This document shows positions 1 through 18,719 of a DNA stretch of 64,000 nucleotides, in pieces. Origin of the DNA: Raillietiella orientalis (Eukaryota); the NCBI GenBank assembly GCA_036172245.1, contig JAYWIR010000047.1, positions 1,054,001 to 1,118,000 of the forward strand, given 5' to 3'. The notes below the pieces were generated by a model. It saw nothing but the letters and a program-made list of their open reading frames with translations. It was not told the DNA's origin and did not search any database. The translations under genes and the position numbers were made by a program. How positions within the stretch are numbered: position 1 is the stretch's first letter; the number at the start of each line of letters is the position of its first letter.

Positions 1-3000
1 AACCCTTCTTCCCCCGCGTCTCATTTTCTTCCCTGCTCCCAGATTCAGACTGGCTCGTGCTTCCCTATGCCTCGCGGCCTACTGAGAAGGGAAGTGCTCT
101 CTGGACTGAAAACTTTCGGCGCATGCTGGCACATGTCTGCCCCGACGACCGTCCTTCCCCGGAGACTTTGCTCCTGAGCTCTTGCACGGTCCGCAGCGTC
201 GCTCGTCCAGACCCTAGAGCCGCGGACGGTCCGAAACTCTCGCGGGTTGCCTCCGCAGATGAAGCACTGCAAGGCACCCCGGATGCGTGGTGGCATCTCT
301 GCCCGCCGCCTTCGCGATCTACGAGAATCCATCAGAAGGTGATGTAACGCTTCCTCCCTTCATCCACTCCCCTCGCCCATCAGTTGCATGAAGAGGAGGC
401 AGCCTGCTTTGCAATGCCTGAGATTTCCTGCCGAGGTCCCCAACGCCTCCTACCTACTCTTCATTCTCGGTTGCACCGTGCCGCTGCTGCCTCCAAGTTT
501 CCTGGCGCCAAAGCGAAACTCCTCCCCCTCGAGAATTCCGTGCTTCCGCGTCCGTAAACAGTAGCCGCTCCCGGCGTCACCACCTTCGACCACCACGAAA
601 TCACAGCCAGAGTAACCGACCGCAGCAAAGTGGTGGCCTCTCAGGGGAACGGGTCTGAAGCAAAGCAAACCACAGCTGCGCGAGTGGTATTCTCAGTCAA
701 CCGAGCGACGCTGCCGAGGCGCCAACTGCGAGGGCAACTCAACCCGCCCCCATGCGGCAAGATTGGTGGGGGCCCAACTTCGCATTTTCGATCCGCCGCT
801 GGTGTCAAAGATGGGTCCTTTCGACAGGAACTTGGCGTTCCACCGTCAACTCCACGCACGTTTTCTTTGCCAAGCAGAGAATCGCTTCCGGCATTTTTAC
901 CAAAAAAAAAAAAAATGAGAAGGAGGGGGGGAGGGCAGTGTTCTGGTGCGGTCGTTTCGACGTATAGTCATCTACTTTGCTTTGACATTCACATGAAATG
1001 CCGGAAGCTAGTGGTTTTTCACACAGGTACGTCGGAGCATTTATTTTAAAATAAACTTGCAATTTTGGTGGTGGGACGACCCCTTGGCCCTACCACGCGC
1101 AGAATTTGCAGTCCACTTGCCATTTGGGAGACTCCATGCGGAGACACGGAGAATGGGGAAAAACAAAAAGAAAAGTAAAATGAAAAGAAGAAGAAAAAAA
1201 AAAAAGACGGTTCGTTTGGGGTGTTCGGGAAGGGTGTCACGGTGTGCCTCGCGATGCCCCGTTCATCCTCTGGAGGATGCTGGCAAGTTCGTTTTTCTTG
1301 CTCCCCAGATGGGGCCATCTCGCGGCGATCTTCAGAAAGAGTTTCGTCCAGCGGGTGGCACCCCTATCGGGCTGGCCTCTTCCCGCGGCCATCCAAGCCG
1401 CCGCCACTCCCCGCATGCAGCAAATGGTTGCTAAGCACGCGGCTCTTGGCAGGACGTCATGCACGAAGAGGCGCTTAACACGGTCTCTGGGGCTCCTCCC
1501 GGGGACGCGGAGGGGCCTCCGAAAAGCGTTCCCAGAGGGACCGAAGGGCAGCACAGCCGAGGATCAGGTGCGTAAAAGTCCTGTAGGGTGGGACGCTCGG
1601 GGTCGCAGCGTCCGCGAGTTCCCGTGTCGAGTGTTGGCGAGCGATGTCACGGCACCGCGACACAGTTGGCGAAAGTTACTTCGCTGTGGAGACTGCGGCC
1701 CGCTGCGAGTGCGACGACACCAAAGGCAGGAAGGCCGGGAAAGTCCACGCCGCACTTCCTGCGGGCGCGCGACCATCAGATTTTTCGAAGTTGCTCCCTC
1801 AGCTCCCGCGACGACCCGGAGAAGCAGCGGGCCTCTTGGCGGCTTCCATCACGAGTCGATCGATGGTTCATCGCCTCCCGTTCTGTATGCTATCAAACAC
1901 AGCCGTTCCGTCACCTGGAAGGTCAGCTGGGCGCACCGCGGTTGCTACCCGAAGTGAGCGACCCCGCTTCGGATTTCTGGACTTTGCTTCGCGCGAGCGG
2001 AAATGCAATCCGACGTGCAACACAACTCTTTGGGCGTTACGTCCTCGGGCGACTCGGTGCTGCTACACCCACAAAGATGCAGACGGCGGCACACTGCGCT
2101 GCTCACCCTTCCAACGGGGAGCAACACGGCGTGACAAAGAACGGGTACGCGTTCACATGCAGAGCGCGGCTCCTGAGGTGGGAGGAGGAACGCCGGAGTT
2201 TGCATCTGGATGCAGGGGATGCAATATGCCCTCGGGACCCTGGTGGCGTTCCCGTTGCGCTCGTGTTGGAGGAACCAGCAGTGAGCTCCGGGGCACCCAA
2301 GCAGCGGAGGGGTAGCAGCTCGCGAAGACGCGCGCACGCGGAAGCGACTTTGCAGCACGAAAAAGGCCGTCCCCGTAGGACCCGTGGTTCAAAGAATGCG
2401 TCGTCAAGCAGTCGGGATCTCCTCAGTCACCGCAGTCCCGCTCCCTCCTCCGTACAGCCTCCGTACAGGAAAATCAGAACTGGCAACCTTCCCGCTCTTG
2501 TGGGATCACCCGAACACGATCTGCGAGGACACACGTGAAACGCCAGCGGTTCTGCCAAAACCACCCAATAATACCCCCATCCATAAAATCCTATCCCCAA
2601 CACGATCACTTGAAAAAGCAATTATACCTCCATAATCAGAACCACGATTCACATAAAAAATACCCGCCGTGCGGATTCATCAGCGGCACGTGGATCGATA
2701 CCAATCCGCCGCTCCCTGAAGGAAGCACGGATTAGTCCCGGGATGGGCGTCACTGATTGCTGGAGCCCACGTACTGCATCCGCCTCCAAAGGACGCAAGC
2801 GTAGCGAGGACTTCGCTTTTGAGGGGAGAAGAAGGACATCGGGGAGGCCGCTTTCGGAGAGGCCCCAGGAGTCCCGAGTCGGGAACGGGTTCCTCTCTTA
2901 CGTGCCGGGAAAAAAAGTCTTGGAACGGCGGCGTCGGTGGGTGCCACTGGAATGAAGTCTCGAACCTGCTCCGTTTATTTTCCACTCTATTCTTTTTAAA

Positions 3001-3425
3001 TCACGCCCCCATTTTCTTTGGAAAGACTCCAGAGCTGCTTCCGAGGGGAGAAAAGAAAAAAGCGCGATCGGTGCAGTGCACAAACGATGCTCGTGGCATC
3101 ACACATGCATGGTGGATTCTGCGATTACATGACCGGCCGCCCGCTGTAATACTGTAAACAAAAAACAGAGATGCATTCCTTCCGTCCAGAAGACTCTTAA
3201 GCACTGAGGGCACTCCAAAACAGATCCATTATACCATCAGAATGCAAGCAGTAGATTTTTTTTTTTTTTTTATAGATGAGTAGTTAGCCTTAGTCTGGCT
3301 GAAAAAGCATTCATCTTGGTGTGTCATTGCCACGATCGAGACCTATGGAATGACTTCGCATCTCTATCGGGAAAACTTCTTTAAAAAAAAAAAGAAAGAA
3401 AAAAAAAGACAGACAGAGACAGAAT

Positions 3426-3426
<1 letters not shown>

Positions 3427-3460
<34 letters not shown>
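3427..3460. repeat. (GT)17 microsatellite
   Basis: Read directly from the sequence. Confidence 0.95.
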
Positions 3461-3463
<3 letters not shown>

Positions 3464-4149
3464 GACTCGAAAGCTACGCCGATTCGGCCTTGCAACGGCT
3501 GATGTAAAGCATCATTGGCAGGCGCCGGGTTTCGTAAATAGCCTGTCTGAGTGGTCTGGGGGGGTACGTTCCCCGTCTACAAGGAGTTTTTGCAGGGTCG
3601 ACCGTGGTAGAACTCGTGGGCCGGTGGGGCGCTTTGCATCGATCGGCGAATCCAACAAGAGCTACTGCAGGCAGGGGAACGGGCAATCGTGGCGGAAGGG
3701 TACTTCCTGGGCGCCTGGGACTCCACCGTGCCTCCCCACGGAGCTGCGGAGCAGAGCCATCGTAGGGGTCCGCAGCCCCTCAAAACGAAACCAAAAGCGA
3801 TGCTTTGGCGCTGCTCCGACACAGCCTCTCCTACGCATCGTCTTGAAAGAGGGAGAGAGGGAGAGAGAGGAATTGTACACGTGCGGATTTTCGTTGTCGC
3901 CGTATTCCGCCTACACCATGCAGCGCTGATTCGTACGAAGCGCAACGCGGACAATTCTCGGCAGAGATTCGACGATCCGTCGACAGCATGAATGACACTA
4001 CGAATGGATTATGATTTGCGTGGGACAAGGGGTGGGTGGGTGGGTCTTCGGAACGGCTGTCGATGCCGCCGTTTCGAAAAGGAGAGGCGCGCCTCCCAAA
4101 CACAAAACTGGACCCACGCGCACTTTGCCGTTGCTCATCATCACGGGGG

Positions 4150-5380
4150 GGGGACGGAGGACGAGGATGCAGCAGCTGTAGAGTTCTTTATTCAGAGCGA
4201 ATTTTTCCGAAACATCCGGTTGCGTTAGTGCTGCTCTGACGGCGGCACAGGGGAACCGGATTCGGTTGCCTCCTCAGACAGAACTCGATTCCGACAGAAT
4301 TGACGTGACGCCCTCCGATTGTGACTGGATCTCCTAGAAGGAAGGCATCTGCGGGAATGCCTCCCGCCCGTACGGACACGGGAGCTGGAGGCAATCAGCG
4401 ACGGAGGCGAGGCAAGATCGCTCCGAATTCCGTGATGGATATTTCCCTCGACGGCCCAGGCGTCCCAAAGTACCCGAGAAGTAAAAATACATCTTTTTTT
4501 GTCATTTGCTGTTTACGTCTCATTTTCCGAAGAGCGTGAAGCAAGCAGGCACGCGCAGCCTCCTGAAAAGGATCCGGATCAGAATGGAACCGCGTGGCAC
4601 GCCACGCCGAACGTTGCCGCTGCTAACTCCCTAGGAAACAGACGTGTTCCGGGACGAGCGCAGAGGTGTCCGTCCCGGAACACAGCAGCAGCCCGCAGGC
4701 CCACGTCCTCTTCGCACGCTGGCCGCAGGAGCAGAAAATTCCTGAATGAGCCTGGAGGCGACGGATACCTGTGCCTCGGCACGAGTCGCGAGAACGTGGA
4801 ACCAGGAGAGGGCTGGAAGGCGCGCACGGGGCCTTGCAAGGCAGACGAGATTCGTTCGGAATGACTGCAAAATCAGCAAAGTTGCTGTACTCGTGTATTT
4901 CTTGTGCGCGCGAGCAGCAGCACTGCCGATAGGTAACGAAACATCGATACCATGGGAGATCACAAATGGGTTTCCGGGGCCTCATCTGAGGGACGGGAGA
5001 TGCCCGAGCGGGAACGAAACAGAACTCATCCTTCCCAATGCTCTTGAAGGTGGTTCCGGAGCGTGCCTCGGCAACCACCGAATCCATCTCGCGCTGCACA
5101 TCAGCTGAAGTGATCTCGCCGTCAGAGATGCGAGAGGCGGCGACAGGGACGCCGAACTGTCACCCGTTCGTTGTCACGACGACGAAGAGATGACGATGCT
5201 CCGAGTGTCGCAGAGGCAAACGCTTTGCGCCAATCCCCAAGGTTGCCGAGCAGCGCCAGTCTCCAGGCACGAGCAGGTAAAGGACCCTCGGCGTTTCAGA
5301 AACAGATGCGGCTACGGGGAACGGAGTGGATTCACGAGTGCCCCATGATTCTCCGATAAGAGATCGCTCGTGGGCACTCA
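4150..5380 (-). mobile_element. Decayed L1/Tx1-like reverse transcriptase relic
   Basis: Collinear degenerate motifs: ITSADVQREMDSVVAEAR...SIGKDEFCFVPARAS (resembles RPITLLNxDYKI...DQxxFVPGRSI), then AAVFRDGHL...LAAATFGVAC (QG motif region), then FLLGDP (YLG-like). Frameshifts are present and boundaries are approximate. Confidence 0.5.
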
Positions 5381-5834
5381 AAACTTAATTCGCAAGTTGA
5401 AAAGCAATTAGCATACGCTCACCGCAGCTACTTCCGAATGGCCACCAAGAGCCACCGCGAGTCATCGTTCGCATTTTTCATTCACCACGAATCGTAAAAC
5501 CCATAAACCATGAGCAAGAATCCGGCAAAGAAATGATGGCACGGGGGGGGGAGGAGTCATTACATGCCTCATGCGGGCATTTTCAGGAGAATATCGAAAA
5601 CAAATTTCCGTACACAATGGATCACAATGTTTTCATGCCTGCGATTCTGAATTCCGCATGCGAGTGAATTCTGCATTACAAATTAACGTCGACGAGTGAT
5701 CACATTCTGCCAGGAGAGAAGAAAAAAAAAAAAAAAAAAAGGAAAGGAAGGAATGCGTGAAGCTCCAGCGTTCACAAAGTCGGGTCTCCGTGATGGGCAC
5801 ATTGTCGTCTCCCAGGATCCTCTTGGAGCTGCAG

Positions 5835-11802
<5,968 letters not shown>

Positions 11803-12399
11803 TCCTTTTCTGACGTGTAAGAAAATATCTCATACTTCACCGTGCCCTCCACATAACTTCCACCGAAGGGTCGGTCGGCCACGGCGGAGGGGATGCCCTC
11901 TGCTTCCGTTCTTCACGCCGAACTGACGAGGGACTGCACCACCATCGAGGGGGGGGCACCATTCGGGGCTCCGTCGAAAGGGGGGTTGGCAGAAAACTCG
12001 AGCAGGTTCGTGTGATGCGGTAAGTTCGAGAAACGGGGGCCGTTGACCCCGAGTTTTAAGCTTTTGCTGTCGATTTGGAAGGACACGCAGCCTCGGTGTC
12101 CTTCATCCCGTTTGCACGGACCGGGATGAGTGGCTCTTGGCTTTTTTGTAGGGTGCCTGCTCCAGTGTCCCGAGAAAATCTGTCCCGAATGCTCGACTGC
12201 CGATGTTTCGAGTTTCACTGCAAGGTTTATGCAACCTGAACGACGTAGTTCCCGTGTATTTTTTATTTTTTATTCCACCCTTACAGTTTTCCTCCCACGA
12301 ATTTGTGTGCATTTTGGCAGCGTAGCGCGAAAACGAGAATCCTCCAAGCTGTGAGGATTCGTGCTACGGTCCTTCTCCGGACCTATCCCCACGAATTCC

Positions 12400-13750
12400 A
12401 GAATCGAAAACCCACTTTGCTTCTCTTTTGAGTCTTTGTCGTAGCTTCACGATATTTACGCAACTCGGATTATGAGCCTGGGGCTTAGAACCTGCCCTGA
12501 ATGTCGACGTACTTTGTGGAGAATACTTCGTCGAACTTTTGACATTCCACCGTTAATAAATTCAGCCAGCCATATAAACGAATAGTGAGTTTCATGGCAA
12601 TTATGCGAAGGGGAGAAATTTCCATAAAATTCGTGGAAGGCAGAATGAAACCAAATATCAAACACGCATGTGTTGTATGCTACACACCAAACAGTACACT
12701 GTGTCACAAGTGTATCACCGAAATCTAATTTCTGATGACATGCCGAAGATGATCGTCAAACATGGTTGGAAAATATTCAGTAAGACGCAAATGCAAAAAA
12801 GATCAGCATTGTAGGAAGAATACTGTAACTTGTCAAACATTTGCCAGCATTTTCTACCACATAATTGCAGCAACAGCAGTGCGTTACGGCTGTTCCTCAT
12901 GTCCGAAAAGAGGAAGGAAAAAACGTACTCTCTTCGAACGGAAGCGAATCTGTTTCTGAAGGGATGAAATACGTTTGCTTATTTCTAAGATAATGAGAAT
13001 TCTGAAGAATATTAGAATCTCGAAGGCTTTAGACTGGTGCGCTGACGAGTACGCAGCGCGGCCCCCCAAAGGAGTTTACTACTCTTAAGATATCAGAGGA
13101 TTCAAATCAGTTGCACTGATTGAAATCTTTGCCGATCTTTGCCGAATCCAGTGGGCCTGAACTTTTCTGGTATGGATTCTGAGGGATGATCTGGAAGGAG
13201 AAAAGTGGAAACAAAAGTGGAAAGAAGATAAGGAATACGATCGATACTGCTTGTTTATTAAAGCAGGGTATCTTGATTGCCGGTGTTAAACGTCATACAG
13301 TGTTTCCGTTAAAATGATCGTGAAGCGTCAGGATTCTGCAAATATGCTTTCTAAAGATCTCATGTAATATACAAAGTTTGCACAGCACTTCTGGAGCACG
13401 CTCGTATGTTCAGTAGGATGATCAATGAGGCATAATGCAAAATGCTGGTTTCTCCCTCCAACTCCAAAACGCATGGAAAAATCTAAGTAAAAATGGGACA
13501 CGTATCTATCTGCATTTGAAAACGGAAGTTAAGATATCCTCTAGAATTGGATCCTGAAATTCCAAACATTTGCAGTCTTGGCATTCGAGAACAGATGCAG
13601 TATTTTTCGCCGTCAAAAGAGATTCTTGAAGAAAATCCAGCATCGTTAGAAGTTGACAACATACACTTCCGGAAATTTTTTTCGCTTTTGTCGGTTCTCA
13701 AAGGGTGCACATTTTCTAAGGAACAGATTTTTGCCGTCATCTAAGGTTGA
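12400..13750 (-). mobile_element. Decayed L1/Tx1-like RT relic between HDAC3 and TMEM164 (probably extends to about 15400)
   Basis: RTRQRTSLKPSRF near 13020-13060 (resembles GTRQGCPLSPLLF) and SFIWLAE...SKVRRSILHKVRRHSGQVLSPRL near 12470-12590 (resembles FIW...KVxRxxLxxPxxxGGLGLP), in the expected order. Many stop codons. Confidence 0.5.
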
Positions 13751-15963
13751 GTAGCATGAGAAGCACGCTTGCCGTCGCAGTCATCTGGCTGAAGATACAA
13801 ATCATTCCACTTCAAAACAACAAACCACTGTTATCGACTTTTCTAGTCTTTATTTTGCCTCTCGTCTGCTTCCAGATTCGACTAGTCATGAGGAAATGAA
13901 ATGAGTACCAGAGCAACCATCAGGCAGTGCTGAGCAGTGTTGCGGAAAATATGTAACTATTGGAATCCACAGAGAAATCCTCAAAACGCCAGACGACCAT
14001 GTGATGCGGGAAAGGTCACACTAGTATCAATGAGTAGTGACCATTCCAATCAAGAGACATGGCAGGGGGCCTGTGCATTACGCGTAATCATTGCTTTGTA
14101 TGAAAGCAGGGCTATTCTTGAGCCGAACATCTTGAGTCTATACTGTAGAAGTAAGACACGATAGGTATGGAACACAACAAGAATGGCATAAACTAGACAA
14201 CATAAACAGACAACGCATACAACACCCCCTCATGTACGCCCTGCTGGAAAGGAAGTGTTCTTCCGCTTTGTGAAGGTAACCGCAGAGCTGCCTTCTTTTC
14301 CAATTTCTAATTCCTGTGTTCTCGGTGATGGAAACATCTGCACATGGAAATGAGCAACAAACCTGTGGACTGTTGCTCAGTACGGTGCCAAAAATGACTC
14401 GAGTTGCTGATATGGAGCGTCTCAGATGTTGCTGAGAATCTGATCGTGTATTCCATGTGAACCTTGGGACCAGAACTGCTTCTTTTGCAGCTTCAGTTCC
14501 GATTCAAGCCAGTCCTCGGTTGTCAGTTCTTCAATACCTCACTTCCGAAATTATTTTCTTCCCTTTCTGTGTGCTCCCTCGACTGAAATGTCTAGTCTGC
14601 TGCCATTCACAGTCGTATTCTTGTTGTCTCTAGACAAGTACCTGCAGTAGCAGCGTGACTGATGCTAAACTGATTCACGGACTAGAAAGCAACGCAGTTC
14701 AAAGAGAACAAACCTCTTCGCACATAGCCCCACGATGATAAAGGGATTCTGGGTTTGAAATATGGATTTCTCTCTGAAACTTTTCGGGAGTATCAGAAGA
14801 ACATTCACGGCACTGGCTGTAGGTTTCTGTAGCTCACGAGTTTTGACCGATCTTCAGGTTGTCAGATGATCTTTTGTTTAGAAAGAAAGGCGGACTATTT
14901 ATTTGTCTTCTGCGACCCATCTTTTTCTTTCTGAATACTGAGGTGCTGATGTTCTTAGATGAAGATAATCATAAACCTGAAACAACTAACTGCAAACAGT
15001 TGTCATTCAAATGTAATCCCAAACGAAGTGAATTTTAACAAGCATTGTGCGAATTTAGTGAAAGACGAAGGCACCGACATTGTCCTCTTCCACGTGCAAA
15101 TATCAAAACCTCAGCGCAGAGATTTGATGACGTAGAATGTTACCAGGTGCACTGAGTGAACAGTTCCGTTCTGCTAAAATACTGCCTCTACGTATGTATA
15201 AGAAATACGATGCCCGAACCAAGTGCTCGATCGAAGTTCTCTTTCCGATCCTGATGCTTCTGGGCACCGTTTTTGAAAAAGGCGGATCCCGCAGAGTTTT
15301 GTTTTCCATCCGTTGCTTTTCTTGCCTTTCTGCCTGTCGCCCCCTCCTGTGCTGGGACATCCTCGATGGGGCTGGTTCTTTGCGAACCCCGGACGGCCCA
15401 TTCTCGATGGTGAGCAAACCTTACTGGATGAACAGCGGTCGCTGTCTCGAAGCGCGGTGGCTGGAAAAGGAAAAGAAGAAAAATGCACGTTGCATTCGAT
15501 TGCCATTCCGAGAGCCCGACCACGCTGAGCTCGTCCGGTCGGAAGTGCCAAATCCTTAATTCACTCTGGGAAGCGGGGGACCGATTCCGGAAGCCGTTTG
15601 GACGTTTCCCGGCCTGAAAGGATTAAGTGGGCCCCGTGAACTCTGCTACTCCGGCTTGGGAGGCGGAGGAAAACACCAAGGCGAAGCAACGCTTCCCGAA
15701 ACCACAACTTCCATTTCCTCCGAATGGATGCTCCCTGCAACGCAGTCGAATAGTCGGTTCTTCGACGAATGTTGCCCGTGGTGCTGCGAGTGTTCCAGGA
15801 AGTTTGTTTGTTTCCCGAGTAGGAATTTCAAGCGGTACACCGTCGTGCAATATTTGTTGTGGGATTTTCGGTGTACCGTACATTGCCCAGCGTAAAGATG
15901 CCAGCATTAGTGTTTACTGTTTAAGTAAATACCAGTGATAATTGTCACATTCATGCAGAGAAA

Positions 15964-17148
15964 ATGTACAATTTTAGAACGATTCTGTACAGTCTTTATG
16001 GTGGAGTTGATCCCAGCAAAGTAGTCGATGGAGGAGAAGTATGTGCTGCGTTCCTTTCTTTGCGAAGAAGGTTTCTGGAAACCGTGTTTGCCACCCTGGT
16101 AACTGTTTGCTACCTGTGGTGGGGCTTCAAGCATGCTTGTGTGCCGGAAAAGTACAGTTACATCAGAAAAGACCGAGGTGGAAAGAGGGTACTGTTGTTT
16201 TTGTTGTCCTTTTGTTGGGGTATTGAAATTGGATTCAAGTTTGCCTCAAAGACCCTGATATACCTTCTTAATCCGTGCCATGTAACCACACTTATTCAGG
16301 TAATAAGTGTTATTTGAATGTGCTTTCCTATGCCTGTAAATTCAGATTTATTTGCTGGCTGCAAAGCCTAGTGCCTGGGTTACAGCCCTTTTTCGTTTTC
16401 AAATGAGTCTATTAAGTGGTGCAGTGCTAGCTCTGCTGTTTCCAATGGCCAACACTAGAACTGTGAGTATGGTATCAGACAGTTGATGATTCCACTAGCT
16501 TCCATTTGAATATGAGCTATATTTCATCCAACATGGAATTCTATTAGTGGTTCCCTACTATTTGCTTCGTCTTGGAGGTAAATATGTGCCAGACATAAAT
16601 ATTCTAATGGAAGAGTGATTATTTGACAGGAGTGTATGTATTGGAACCAATCAGCAATTTTGGTTGGACTGTTATCAGCATTGGCTTTTTGATTGTGTAC
16701 CATTTTGTAATCTTGCAAGTGATAGGAATGGTGAGCAGAGTAACCTTTAATTCATTATTTTTTACTAAAATTGTGTTGTTAGCTGACCTATGTCAATTTG
16801 AATTTTACACTTTGTCCAGCCACTTCAGACTTATTTTATGGCCCTAATTATAGATTATGGGGTATTCTTCATCAAAGTTTAATGATCCCCATGATATCCA
16901 AGGGATATGTTGCTCTTTCCCAGTTTTTTCTCACAAAATGTAGTTTGACAAAAGTAAAATCCGATCTACATAAAGATGTCAACCTATCAGCATATGAAAC
17001 CAGTCTCCAGCATTTCTTAAAAGAAGAAGGTGCATTATTCCAAAATACCCAGGAATCCATTATGAAACCATGGCGCCAGCGCTCTAACAGTGAATCAGAT
17101 CCTAAATCAAGAAAATGGATTTTATCACCAACACCATGCTGTTGGTAG
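15964..17148 (+). CDS. TMEM164: Transmembrane protein 164, 5 coding exons: 15964-16299, 16346-16462, 16499-16577, 16630-16730, 16783-17148 (999 nt, 332 aa)
   Basis: In-frame join gives LYGGVDPS...[10 protein letters not shown]...[32 protein letters not shown]...[31 protein letters not shown]...|[13 protein letters not shown]...[37 protein letters not shown], collinear with the TMEM164 family. All introns are GT-AG. Confidence 0.95.
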
Positions 17149-18719
17149 CTGTGTTTTGCATTATTGAGAAGATAATTCTACTGCTGTACTACAGTATGTT
17201 TGTATCAGTTTTGAATTGCAGTGAACATTCACTCCTAAACATGTAATTCTTATCCACTTTGATGTGTTTTTTGGGTACTGTGGACTTATGATGCCAATTG
17301 TAATAATGTAATACAGAGAGCTGAAGAAATTTTGTACTTTATGTGGAGAACGTTATGCAAATTTCTAGACAGCTTCTACTAACACATCAAGATACTTTGT
17401 ACTACTTGGTGTTGGATATGTGGAATACACATTTTGATGGGAGCATTAAGAGATTTCATTATTAGGCAGTCCTTTTTACATGTATTTGGCTGAGTTTCAT
17501 GATGCTTTATGATCAAAATGACACTAAATTCTGGAAAAAAAAAAAAAAATATTCAGCCAACGTACCTGAAAACACTTTTTTGCAAAACTTATAAGTGAGG
17601 CAAAACTTCCACCTTTTCTTTTGAGTCTTTTTTAAAGTACTGCACTCTCATGCTACCTATGTGAGATCGAGTAATCTTACATTACTCAATCTCACATTAT
17701 CCAGCATCTCTGCATATCTTTCCCAAGTGTCTTGATCGGTTACTTTTGATTCCTGCAGGCCACATTTTGTGTTGTGCACCTACTAACAAGATGCCATCAA
17801 CTTGCGATATTTCACAAAGTGGGAATAAAATAGTAGACCTGTGGAGATGTGCTTATCTTAATATCATTGCATAATTCTTTTAAAAAATTTTTAATCAAAA
17901 AGATTCTCCAGCTAGCCACTGGGATCATCAGTTTGTAGTCAGTACTGTTGTTTCCAGTTTGTTTCCATACACATGGCAGTTACACTAGCTGTGGCAACAC
18001 TAATAGGTTTGACTTTTTTAACAAACCAGAATTTGTTTTCCAGACTGCATAAATTTCAAACACCGTGTGGATAGCATGGTGAAAATGGTTTCCATACATC
18101 TCTTTAAGTGCATGAAAATCCACAGAGGACAAGGAGTTGGGTCGTATCATTCATATTTTTCTTATAGCTACCTTTGGCCGCCAGTTGACTATGCAGGGAT
18201 TTGTATCAGCTCATAAGCTGCACTGGATACTAACTTTTCAGGATACGTGAATTTGTACCTGAAGGTTCCAAATTTGGATAAATGGAGTTGGTGCTGCCAA
18301 TTTAGGGAAATTTAAGAGTAATGCTGGCCATGGAACTGGTATTTCCCGTTGATTAAAAAACTCTTTTGGTCGTTCATGGTAAATGGACTACCTGACCCCC
18401 AAAGGACTGCATCTGTAAATTGCAACATGAAATTCATGAAGCAAATTCTCATTACATTGCGTATGAATAAAAGTTAACCCAGTATGCATCTTTTGTACAG
18501 TTATGGATGGGTACCCGTTGATATTTTAGGAAGTTTCCCCGAGTGATTAATTGCGTCATGGTAACTAACAGGGATATTGCTGTGCCAGAGCAATCCTTTG
18601 TTTCGCAGGGAATCTGGTTTGGGCTCGGATAAAAAGTTTAAAAATAACTCCTAGGATTTGCACTATGGTGGTGCTGCTTCATTTCATTTTCCTTTCCTTT
18701 CTTTCTTTCCTGTTTTACG

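Noticed and set aside
1244..2538. ORFs of 237 and 316 aa with scattered Cys/His (PCRVLAS...RCGDCG)
   Set aside because: Possibly a decayed retrotransposon ORF1 knuckle region, but too weak to call, and there is no sign of a host gene.
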